This document shows positions 1-8,331 of a DNA stretch of 64,000 bases, piece after piece. Numbering within the stretch: position 1 is the stretch's first letter; every line of letters begins with the position of its first letter. The notes beneath the pieces were generated by a model. It saw nothing but the letters and a program-made list of their open reading frames with translations. It made no database searches and was not told where the DNA came from. The DNA lies in the NCBI GenBank assembly GCA_019057795.1, contig JAHLWS010000060.1, forward strand, positions 1-64,000. Direction: 5' to 3'. This DNA is from Promethearchaeota archaeon. Its GTDB lineage: Archaea > Asgardarchaeota > Lokiarchaeia > Sigyniarchaeales > SOKP01. A program made the translations under genes and the position numbers.

Positions 1-183
1 GTGCATAGCATACATAGTTTTATCGACGTCCTTAGTAAAGGTATATACAGCTTCGTTAATTGCAATAGTAATTGGATCAAAATCAGCACTAACAGCAACC
101 GTCATTCTCAATCCTTCGACAGGATAAAGCGTTCCATGAGGCGGTTGCCGTAAAAGGATAACTACATTTTTCTCTTCTGCCAT
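1..183 (-). CDS. DsrF/TusC-like (DsrE family) protein, runs off the window start
   Basis: Not in ORF track. Manual translation from ATG at 183: MAEEKNVVILLRQPPHGTLYPVEGLRMTVAVSADFDPITIAINEAVYTF...; xPHG...EGLR pattern typical of DsrF/TusC; GGTGA SD upstream; follows a DsrE-like gene. Confidence 0.7.
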   Translation of the reverse strand, partial: MAEEKNVVILLRQPPHGTLYPVEGLRMTVAVSADFDPITIAINEAVYTFTKDVDKTMYAMH

Positions 184-194
184 TTTTTTTCACC

Positions 195-557
195 TTAACA
201 AATTACTATAAGTTTATCTGTTTCTTCTATAATCTTCGCGAGATCAGGTGTACCTGCTCGCTTCACGTCGCCGCATTCCTTTGTCAAACAGTTTTTCATA
301 GTACCTCTGACTAAAAGACATAGATTACATAATCTGACGGTGGCTCCTTTATTTAATATCTCTCTAAACCCTTCTTCGATGTTAAAGATACCTTCAATTT
401 TCTTCTGCTTATCTAAGACAGCGTTAACGGCGTCCATATAGCAAAAGATGCGTACATCAGTTCCTTTATCTAATGCAGCGTTGGATATCTTAACAACTGT
501 TTCAGCAGCTTGCGTTTGGTAAGGTCCATCAAAAAAAAGGATCCCTAATCGAGCCAT
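195..557 (-). CDS. DsrE/TusD-like sulfur relay protein
   Basis: GPY motif, FCYMDAV strand and conserved Cys in LCNLC...RG; operonic with yeeE and tusA. Confidence 0.8.
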   Translation of the reverse strand: MARLGILFFDGPYQTQAAETVVKISNAALDKGTDVRIFCYMDAVNAVLDKQKKIEGIFNIEEGFREILNKGATVRLCNLCLLVRGTMKNCLTKECGDVKRAGTPDLAKIIEETDKLIVIC

Positions 558-579
558 TTTTTTTTCTCAACTCCAAATC

Positions 580-1653
580 TTATTCTTTGTCTCCTCTCAT
601 GAAGAGAAGATAAGCCATTATCCAAGAACCAAACATTATACAGGCTCCTGTTATAATACTATGTAATGAAAGCTGTGGAACACCGCCTAGAATGTTAGTA
701 ATGTTACATCCCATAGCTGTTACAGCGCCAAAACCCATTAAAATTCCGCCAATCAATTGTTTTAATAAAGTTAATCCATCTTTTGGAACTCTAATTTTAA
801 ATTCGCCACCAATATAAGCACTAATGAAAGATCCAAGGATAGCACCAACAATTATAAAACCAGCCCACGCAACAGCATCTCCGGTAGTAAGCCACAAACT
901 TAAATCCATCCATCCTCCAGTAATACCTAACACTCCGCCAGCAGGAATGGGATCACCAAGAGCACTAACGACATACGCAACAGTTCCGATTATCCCAATA
1001 ACGATTCCAGTAACCCACCAAGGATAAGCTTTTTTAAATATTGATTCAACAGCGTTGTCAAATTTTATTAAAGCCTCGCCTTCTGTTCTCTTTTTAAGCG
1101 CAGGTAATCCCCAGAAATAAAACGTTAATGCAGCACCGACAATTCCTAAGATAAGCATAAAAATCGGCGTAAAAGCTCCAAATTCTCCAAAAAGCGTAAG
1201 TCCTGTACTTGGTGTTGTATTTGGTCCAATTACTGTAGCTTGTAAAGCGTTTTTAACTTCAACTAAAACGCCAAATTTAGTCATTAAAGCTCCGAGTGTT
1301 AATCCAAAACCAGCTACGAGAGATCCCACCATACCTTCTCCGACTCGATATGTAGTCCCGCTAGCACATCCCGCTGCAAGAACCATTCCAATACCAAATA
1401 CTAGACCTCCGACAACCGCACCCCATATTTTAAAAGTATTTGGAGCTAACTGAATTACTCCAGCTAAAGCAAATATAGCGAAACCGATCATCAAAGTTAT
1501 CAAGGCGATAACTACTGCTTTTGCCAATTTAAACTCTTTCAATAGTATTATGTCTCTGAAGGCAGAATTCATACAGAATCTTCCACGTTGCAACACGAAA
1601 CCAAATAGGACTCCAACTATAAGCCCACCTATTAAAGCATACATAAAATCCAT
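580..1653 (-). CDS. YeeE/YedE family thiosulfate/sulfur (selenium) transporter
   Basis: Polytopic membrane protein with the three conserved Cys motifs QRGRFC, LAAGCASG and AMGCNI. Confidence 0.9.
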   Translation of the reverse strand: MDFMYALIGGLIVGVLFGFVLQRGRFCMNSAFRDIILLKEFKLAKAVVIALITLMIGFAIFALAGVIQLAPNTFKIWGAVVGGLVFGIGMVLAAGCASGTTYRVGEGMVGSLVAGFGLTLGALMTKFGVLVEVKNALQATVIGPNTTPSTGLTLFGEFGAFTPIFMLILGIVGAALTFYFWGLPALKKRTEGEALIKFDNAVESIFKKAYPWWVTGIVIGIIGTVAYVVSALGDPIPAGGVLGITGGWMDLSLWLTTGDAVAWAGFIIVGAILGSFISAYIGGEFKIRVPKDGLTLLKQLIGGILMGFGAVTAMGCNITNILGGVPQLSLHSIITGACIMFGSWIMAYLLFMRGDKE

Positions 1654-1665
1654 TTTTTTTTCACC

Positions 1666-1899
1666 TTATTTTATTTGAATCAGGATTCTCCACGCCGAAG
1701 TCCCTGTTTTTTCGTTAGAAAGAACTTTGTGGCCTAAGGATTCCATTGTCTCAGGAATCCTCTCAGCAGAGAGAGGATAATCGACTAGAATCTCGAGAAC
1801 TTCTCCTGATTTCATTTTCTTAACTTTTCTTTTACTTTTTACGTCTGGATAAGGGCAAACCTCGCCCGAAACATCCAAAGTTTCAGTAATGTCAACCAT
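1666..1899 (-). CDS. tusA: TusA/SirA (YeeD/YedF-like) sulfur carrier
   Basis: LDVSGEVCPYP motif, 77 aa. Confidence 0.9.
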   Translation of the reverse strand: MVDITETLDVSGEVCPYPDVKSKRKVKKMKSGEVLEILVDYPLSAERIPETMESLGHKVLSNEKTGTSAWRILIQIK

Positions 1900-1930
1900 T
1901 TTTTTTTACCTAGTTTTTTTTTTTTTATGT

Positions 1931-2225
1931 GAATAAATATTCATTCGATTAAAAATCGATAGTTCTAATTATATAATACTCAATTTAAATTTAATTAATC
2001 ATTATTCAGAAAAAGGAAAATTTTATATTTGAGCTTTTCTTAGAGAAAAAGTCAATTTTTTTGTCCAATTATACTCATTTTTCTAAAAAATGCTATCAAA
2101 TTCCTAAATAATAATAACAAATTTGTAAAAAAGCGATCAAATAAAATTCATAAGAATGAGTATTCAAAATAAATCTTTTTGCTAATTAACCCATACTAAA
2201 AATATTCGATATTGAATGATCATTC
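1931..2225. promoter_or_regulatory. Three GAAT-N4-ATTC palindromes in the divergent tusA/vhuG intergenic region; candidate operators
   Basis: gaataaatattc 1931-1942, gaatgagtattc 2154-2165, gaatgatcattc 2214-2225. Confidence 0.45.
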
Positions 2226-2366
2226 TAAATCAATCATAGAACTATAACAAAATTTTTACTCTAAAGCGAAGAAAAACCGAACTTTTTTTATTAATTTATG
2301 ATTAAATAATCACAACTAATATTTTATAAATCAAAAATCATAAATAAAAACTATAAATGATAAAAA

Positions 2367-3683
2367 ATGGCAGTTAAAGTAGCTTTTATGCAAAGTTCAG
2401 ATTGTTGGGGGTGCCATCAATCCTTATTAAATGCACATTTGGGATTGTTGAAAATACTTCCAGCACTCGATATCGTTTATTGGCCAGCTGTCGTTGACTT
2501 CAAGCACGATTCGCTAACAGCACGACCAGACGGAGATATACTAGTAGGTTTTGTTGAAGGCAGTATGAGAACCAATGCAGACATAGAAAACGCTAAGTTA
2601 ATGAGAGCAAAATGTCAACTTATTATTGCCTTCGGCTCGTGTGCGTGTTATGGAAATGTTCATGGATTAGCCAATCAATGGGACATTCAAGAAGCAATCA
2701 CTAGGAAGTTTACAGAAGCAGAATCCATTACTAACGAGAATCCTATGGAACCAAAAGAACACATGCCTGGTTTTGCCAGTAAAATAGTTCCTCTTGACGA
2801 AATAATAGCAGTGGATGTTTTCATGGCGGGATGTCCTCCTAAACCTGAAGCCATATTTTCAGCAGTTGAATTTTTACTTGGACAAAAACCACAACCTATG
2901 AGTGAAACTGCGTTCTGCAACGATTGTTCTCTAGACAATGAAAATTGTCTTTTAGAGAAAGGTACATTATGTTTTGGCCCCATTACGAGTTCAGGGTGTA
3001 CTTTAAAATGTACTGACGACGGAAATCCATGCGTTGGATGCTTAGGACCTGCAAAATCAGTATCCTTTAGAGTAGGTAAATTGGCACAGATGACAGAGAA
3101 CCTTGAACAAATCAGTTCAGGAGATAAAAAGAATTTATACGAGTTCTTAACGCTTTTCCTTAACGTACCACTAATGGCGGGTTTTGATCTTGCTGGAGAT
3201 ATATTACAGCAAGTTAAAAAAACAGGAGAAACTCAAACTACATTAGCTAATCTCCCAAATGAAACTGGAAATATCGCAACAAAGATTATGGCATTTTTGA
3301 AAAATCATAGAGAATTTACAGAGATTTCTACTGTGTGCGATACTTGTCCACGAATAATTGGGAGTAAGTCTCAAATGACAAAAGTAAAGCGTGATTACGA
3401 AGGACTTCCTAACATGGAGGATTGCTTAATCGAGCAAGGATATCTCTGCGCAGGACCTATAACAAGAGCTGGATGTGGTGGATTGTGTCTAAAAGTCAAT
3501 GCGCCTTGTTCTGGTTGCTATGGCCAAACGGCTTGGAATGTTGACCAAATTGAACGATATGTCGATATAGTAAAGAAAGGTTATAATGTAGCTTTATCAA
3601 AAGAAGAATTTCTTGTCCAGATAAAAGATAAGCTAGGCTTCGCTGAGAAGTTTACGTTAGCGACTAATAAAAATTATAGATAA
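2367..3683 (+). CDS. vhuG: F420-non-reducing [NiFe(Se)] hydrogenase small subunit (VhuG/MvhG) with duplicated C-terminal Fe-S module
   Basis: CWGC, VEGS, GSCACYG and GCPP motifs; two copies of CxxC...CL.E.G.LC.GPIT..GC...C.....PC.GC.G. Confidence 0.9.
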   Translation: MAVKVAFMQSSDCWGCHQSLLNAHLGLLKILPALDIVYWPAVVDFKHDSLTARPDGDILVGFVEGSMRTNADIENAKLMRAKCQLIIAFGSCACYGNVHGLANQWDIQEAITRKFTEAESITNENPMEPKEHMPGFASKIVPLDEIIAVDVFMAGCPPKPEAIFSAVEFLLGQKPQPMSETAFCNDCSLDNENCLLEKGTLCFGPITSSGCTLKCTDDGNPCVGCLGPAKSVSFRVGKLAQMTENLEQISSGDKKNLYEFLTLFLNVPLMAGFDLAGDILQQVKKTGETQTTLANLPNETGNIATKIMAFLKNHREFTEISTVCDTCPRIIGSKSQMTKVKRDYEGLPNMEDCLIEQGYLCAGPITRAGCGGLCLKVNAPCSGCYGQTAWNVDQIERYVDIVKKGYNVALSKEEFLVQIKDKLGFAEKFTLATNKNYR

Positions 3684-3698
3684 ATAGGTGGAAAAAAA

Positions 3699-5003
3699 AT
3701 GGTAAAAGAAATAATAGTTGAACCAGTCACTCGATTAGAAGGCCATGGAGGATTAAGAATTGTTATTGGAGACGATGGCAAGGTAAAGGACGCCCAATTT
3801 AATATCACTTCAACGAGATTTTTTGAGAAATTCTGTGAGGGCAGATATTGCGAGCATGTACCAAGGATTACTCCAAGAATTTGTGGAATATGTCCTATCC
3901 CTCATCACTTAGCTCCAACCAAAGCGGTTGAAGACGCTTGGGGTGTAGAAATTCCAACTCCTGCTTTAAAACTTAGACAATTGTTAATGAATGCGAAGCA
4001 ATATTCATCCCATATGTTGCACTTTTACGCGTTGGCAGCACCAGATTTCCTCTTAGGACCTTTCGCAGACCCCGCGTTAAGGAATGTCGTTCATGTGATA
4101 AATAAGATGCCCGATGTTGGGGCAATGGCATTGAAGATGATGGATTTCGGACAAAAATTGTGCGCTGAAATCGGTGGAAAATCAGTTCACCCCGTTTCTG
4201 CAATTGTAGGCGGGATGAAAAAACCAATGGATGAAACTGCAAGGGATAAATTTTTAAAAATGATTCCTGAGCAAGTTGATTTCATGTTGAAGACAGTTGA
4301 TATTGCCCTAAAAGTTATAACTGATTATTGGGATGTCGTTGCTAATGTAGGTGTTGTGCCAACTTATTATCTTGGTATGACAAAAAACGGCGTACATGAT
4401 ATTTACGAAGGCGACCTTAGAATAGTAACTCCAGATGGAAAAAAGATCGATTATGATGTTCATGATTATCTGGATGTTATAGGGGAACACATTCCTGATC
4501 ATTCTTACGCTACCCACACGTATTATAAACCAGCAGGGTATCCCGATGGCATTTATCGAGCCAATACTCTGGCAATGACGAATTGCGCTGATAAAATGGC
4601 AACGCCTTTAGCTGACGATGCTTTAAAGGCAATGAAAGCCAAAATCGGCGATGTGTCGCATCATACATTTGCTTATCATTGGGCGCGAATTATTGAAGCT
4701 GTAGAAGCAATTGAATTAATCGCACAATATCTTGAAGACCCTGACATAGTAAATCCTGATTGCAAGACTTTAGATGTCGAACCGCGAGAAGGTAGCGGTG
4801 TTGGTGTTGTGGAAGCCCCCAGAGGTATATTGTTGTATAATATCTGGTCTGACGATCAAGGAATTTGTAAGAAGTTAAATCTTCTAGTGGCAACGAATCA
4901 TAATATCGCTGGAATCGAGAAGACTTTAATGCACGTTGCTAAACAAGTGTTCGAAGATAAAGCATTGGAAGGATTAAAATTACCAGACCCTTGGATTAAA
5001 TAA
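3699..5003 (+). CDS. vhuA: [NiFe(Se)] hydrogenase large subunit, N-terminal part (VhuA); lacks the C-terminal L2 motif
   Basis: EPVTRLEGHG, L1 motif RICGICP and EAPRG; ends at LPDPWIK with no DPCxxC, as in split VhuA/VhuU enzymes. Confidence 0.92.
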   Translation: MVKEIIVEPVTRLEGHGGLRIVIGDDGKVKDAQFNITSTRFFEKFCEGRYCEHVPRITPRICGICPIPHHLAPTKAVEDAWGVEIPTPALKLRQLLMNAKQYSSHMLHFYALAAPDFLLGPFADPALRNVVHVINKMPDVGAMALKMMDFGQKLCAEIGGKSVHPVSAIVGGMKKPMDETARDKFLKMIPEQVDFMLKTVDIALKVITDYWDVVANVGVVPTYYLGMTKNGVHDIYEGDLRIVTPDGKKIDYDVHDYLDVIGEHIPDHSYATHTYYKPAGYPDGIYRANTLAMTNCADKMATPLADDALKAMKAKIGDVSHHTFAYHWARIIEAVEAIELIAQYLEDPDIVNPDCKTLDVEPREGSGVGVVEAPRGILLYNIWSDDQGICKKLNLLVATNHNIAGIEKTLMHVAKQVFEDKALEGLKLPDPWIK

Positions 5004-5030
5004 AAAAAAAAGGAAACTGTGATAAAAAAA

Positions 5031-5183
5031 ATGAGCGAAGAAATTCCGGAAGGAGTAGTAAATATCTTAGAAATGATAGTCCGTTGTTTTGATTGCTGAC
5101 TATCGTGTGCCGCCCATATTACTGTAGTAAAAGAGGACGGCGAAGAGATTTACTCTCGCAGGTTAAATGTTGGCTTAGGATGA
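5031..5183 (+). CDS. vhuU: VhuU selenoprotein: C-terminal peptide of the hydrogenase large subunit, Sec at TGA 5097-5099
   Basis: Not in ORF track. Manual translation MSEEIPEGVVNILEMIVRCFDC-U-LSCAAHITVVKEDGEEIYSRRLNVGLG*. The TGA sits at the first ligand of the L2 motif (DP[C/U]xxCxxH) missing from VhuA. Confidence 0.9.
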
Positions 5184-5241
5184 ATATCCAATAAAAATAA
5201 TAGATTGGATATAACTGCCCCTTGCCTGGGGTTAAAGCCAA
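5170..5241 (+). promoter_or_regulatory. Candidate SECIS element for vhuU
   Basis: AUGA (5180-5183) followed by a perfect 9-bp stem ATATCCAAT (5184-5192)/ATTGGATAT (5204-5212) with an A-rich loop; lower helix GGC(TT)AG/CTGCC or TTGGCTT/AAGCCAA. Confidence 0.6.
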
Positions 5242-5282
5242 TTAAATGTTTTAAATAAAAACGAACGAAAAAATGGAAAAAA

Positions 5283-5798
5283 GTGAAAAAAATGACAATA
5301 GATTTTGAATTTAGAAAGCAAGTTATGGATTATCATATCGGGTCTGATTTGATTAAATATTGCTATCAATGTAGTCGCTGTTCAGACAATTGTCCAATTA
5401 CTAATGTAACGACAGACTTCTATACGACTACAGGATACAACCCAAGAGCTAACATTTTAAAAGCATTGTTAGGATACAAAGATGCGATATTTTCTGAAGA
5501 TCCTTTAGCAATTTGGGGCTGCACAGTTTGCGATACATGCGACGAGGTTTGCCCGCAGAGCATAGAATTGACAGAAATCTTTACTTTCTTAAAAAACGAG
5601 TCCACTAAACAAGGAAATGCGCCTGAATTTATTTATTTACAAGCGAGAGCAATTTTTGATAGTGCAAAAGCAATACCTTCCCAACCTGCTATAGAACGCA
5701 GACGAGAACAATTAGGTCTACCGGCTGTTGCCGCACCAGATGTAAGCGAATTACAAACTTTATTAAAAAATATAGGAGCAGATAAAAAGCTTAAATAG
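5283..5798 (+). CDS. hdrC: Heterodisulfide reductase subunit C (likely start ATG 5292)
   Basis: Two ferredoxin motifs, CYQCSRCSDNCP and CTVCDTCDEVCP; directly upstream of hdrB. Confidence 0.88.
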   Translation: MKKMTIDFEFRKQVMDYHIGSDLIKYCYQCSRCSDNCPITNVTTDFYTTTGYNPRANILKALLGYKDAIFSEDPLAIWGCTVCDTCDEVCPQSIELTEIFTFLKNESTKQGNAPEFIYLQARAIFDSAKAIPSQPAIERRREQLGLPAVAAPDVSELQTLLKNIGADKKLK

Positions 5799-5803
5799 GA
5801 GGA

Positions 5804-6685
5804 ATGATGAAAATGACAGAATATAAGATGTTTGAGGGTTGTACGATCGGAAACCGCATTCCATTTATAGAAGCCGCTTCCAGAAAAGTTTTTGATAAGG
5901 TTGGAATTGAGACATCACAAACGAACTTTTCTTGTTGCCCAGACCCAACGGGCATGAAATCGTTTGATAACGACGCTTGGTTAGCAATCGGTGCAAGAAA
6001 TTTATGTTTAGCGGAAGCTGAAGGAAAAGACATAATTTCTCTTTGTAATGGTTGTGCCAACACGCTTAGAGGTGTTCAACATCAATTAAAGCACGATTCA
6101 TGGAAAATGGATAAGGTCAATAAAGAGCTCGCTAAGATCGGGAAAGAATATAAAGGCACAATAGACATTAAGCATTTTGTTGATGTGTTGAGCGATAAAT
6201 TAGATCAGGTCAAAGGAGCGATAACTAAGCCACTTGATGGTCTAAAAGTTGCTGTCCATCCTGGGTGTCATTATATGCGACCCGCCGAGTGGATGGAATC
6301 AGACGACCCCATGAGGCCAACAACGCTAAAAAAGCTCGTAGAAGCAAGCGGAGCAACGGTTGTTGATTACGGAGAGGAAATCTTATGCTGCGGAAGTGCT
6401 GTGACTAACGCTTACGAGGAACACGGTTTTGCTAACTTAAAGATTAAGATGGACGCCATCAAAAAATCTGGCGCAGACGTGATTGCTGTAAATTGCCCTG
6501 CGTGTTACCAACAATTCGACACGAGACAACGAGATTTAGGTAAGAAATACGAAACTGAATACGCAATTCCCGTAATGTATATCACAGAGCTTTACGCGTT
6601 AGCGATGGGTTTCACTCCAGACGAGATCGGTTTAAAGTTTCACAGAACTCGCATGAAATCCACATTAGAAAAACTTGGATTATAA
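5804..6685 (+). CDS. hdrB: Heterodisulfide reductase subunit B
   Basis: Two CCG domains: GC..CCPDP..CNGC and GCH..CCG..CPAC. Confidence 0.92.
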   Translation: MMKMTEYKMFEGCTIGNRIPFIEAASRKVFDKVGIETSQTNFSCCPDPTGMKSFDNDAWLAIGARNLCLAEAEGKDIISLCNGCANTLRGVQHQLKHDSWKMDKVNKELAKIGKEYKGTIDIKHFVDVLSDKLDQVKGAITKPLDGLKVAVHPGCHYMRPAEWMESDDPMRPTTLKKLVEASGATVVDYGEEILCCGSAVTNAYEEHGFANLKIKMDAIKKSGADVIAVNCPACYQQFDTRQRDLGKKYETEYAIPVMYITELYALAMGFTPDEIGLKFHRTRMKSTLEKLGL

Positions 6686-6722
6686 CTAACAAATTTATAA
6701 CTTTATTTTTTTATTATTTTTT
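6599..6722 (+). repeat. hdrB 3' end plus T-rich terminator, copy 1 of a direct repeat (copy 2 at 8332-8455)
   Basis: Direct sequence comparison; offset 1733 bp in the coding part. Confidence 0.92.
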
Positions 6723-6837
6723 ACAATATTTTTTCTCTTAATTTTAAATTTACTTTAATAATAATATAGAGTTCTTCTCAAGAAGCAGCTCAAAATAGCG
6801 GAGCTAAATACCTTTTTATTATATCCTTTTATCAGAA

Positions 6838-7791
6838 TTAATTTCGTATAAACTCTGCAGCTTCTCTAACTAAATCATCAGCTTGATCTGAATTGCCAGT
6901 ATCATCAATGAAAGCGTGATTAGCATTCTTATATAGAATAAATTTTACGTTATTATCTGCCTCATCTAATTTTTTAGCGTAATCCAAAGAAGTTTTATAT
7001 AACATGTCTTGATCGCCTACTGCAATTAAAGCATCGGGTAAATTAGTAAAATCTTTAGCCATAGCAGGAGATATATAGGGATCTGATGAATCCGCCTTAC
7101 CTTTAAAATATAAACTAATCATTACACGCATTACTTTCTCCATACTGGCTGAAAGCGGTGAATTCTCATCTGTATCGCCATTATTGTCTAAGGTAGTTGC
7201 TGGATAGATAAGAATTTGTTTTGCGATTTTAAATTCTTTTCTATCTTTAGCCATGAAGGTCAATACTGCTGAAAAATTACCACCTGCACTATCGCCCGAA
7301 ACAATAATTTGATTTTCGTCTATATTTAGTTCGGATTTATTCTCTACAGCCCATTTTACTGCCGAATAACTGTCTTCTAATCCTTCTGGATAAGGATGTT
7401 CTGGAGCAAGGTGATATTCTACAGATATAACCACACAATCAGCTTGATCACAAACACCTTTACAATAATCTTCTACAGCTTCTATAGTTCCGCCTATCCA
7501 ACCACCACCATGGAAAAATACCATTAGAGGCCTCTTAATATTTTCTTCTGGTTTGTAGATTCTTATCCGTAAATCATTTTTATAACCCGAAATAATTTTA
7601 TCTTCTGATATAATCGTTCGCGTAGTAATGTCTTTACTATCACCGCCCATCATAGCCCTAATTTTTGTTATATTTTTCTTAAGAAGGAATTTTACCAAAA
7701 ATGAGGGTAATTTTGCCATTTTTTCCATTTTTGAAAGATCCATTGGTTCTTCTGTTTGTTTTCCTGGTAATTCTTTTTCTACATATTCCAT
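6838..7791 (-). CDS. Alpha/beta hydrolase, HSL family esterase/lipase
   Basis: HGGGW oxyanion hole, GDSAGG nucleophile elbow, D...H triad (GDQD, NHAF). Confidence 0.92.
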   Translation of the reverse strand: MEYVEKELPGKQTEEPMDLSKMEKMAKLPSFLVKFLLKKNITKIRAMMGGDSKDITTRTIISEDKIISGYKNDLRIRIYKPEENIKRPLMVFFHGGGWIGGTIEAVEDYCKGVCDQADCVVISVEYHLAPEHPYPEGLEDSYSAVKWAVENKSELNIDENQIIVSGDSAGGNFSAVLTFMAKDRKEFKIAKQILIYPATTLDNNGDTDENSPLSASMEKVMRVMISLYFKGKADSSDPYISPAMAKDFTNLPDALIAVGDQDMLYKTSLDYAKKLDEADNNVKFILYKNANHAFIDDTGNSDQADDLVREAAEFIRN

Positions 7792-7957
7792 TTTATTCTC
7801 ATCATCATTCCTTTTATTTATTTTTACTATTTATAAGTTAAACCATGATTAAATTTAAATACTGGGTCTTTTGAATCATATGAAATTTATAAATCAATAA
7901 CTTTATTTTTTTCTAATTTTATGGTTTTAACACCTTAAAAAAGGATTTAAAGAGAAA

Positions 7958-8130
7958 TTAAGTTAAATAATGTATTTTGATTGATAACGGAAGTTCTCGT
8001 GAAGATGATCCAGCCCAAATTGTAAAAAAGCCAGATTCGATTTTGAATTTATGATCGTGTTCCGAATAGAATTCAAATGCTGATTCATCTAATATTATTG
8101 AAACAGATTGTTTCTATGATTCTGATGTTA
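7958..8130 (-). pseudogene. 3' remnant resembling the C-terminal Fn3-like domain of a GH3 beta-glucosidase
   Basis: Minus-strand translation SE*KQSVSIILDESAFEFYSEHDHKFKIESGFFTIWAGSSSRELPLSIKIHYLT*; the (E.G.F.I..GSSSR.L) ending is typical of GH3. Confidence 0.6.
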
Positions 8131-8331
8131 AATAGCTTTTCATATCAAATAATTATCAGTGGCACTATGCTTGGAAGTGGAGCATTATTTATTGTACTTT
8201 TCGGAAGCCTTCTTAATGGCTTAATCTTTGGATTCCTTGCGTTTTTCTTAACTAAGAAATAATTTCTCCTTTTTTTTCTTTAATAATAACTTTCTTAAAA
8301 TCCTCCCTCTTGTTACTTAAAAGTTATAGAA

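Noticed and set aside
5204-5231. ATTGGATATAA resembling an archaeal dif left arm
   Set aside because: No matching right arm; it is explained as the 3' strand of the hairpin.
5181-5258. Readthrough of the second UGA of vhuU as another Sec
   Set aside because: The downstream frame runs through the hairpin, has no motif, lies beyond the His cleavage site, and this UGA is inside the putative SECIS.
8077-8262. 61-aa ORF as a complete gene
   Set aside because: Its 5' part is the antisense of the GH3-like remnant; probably a chimeric stub.
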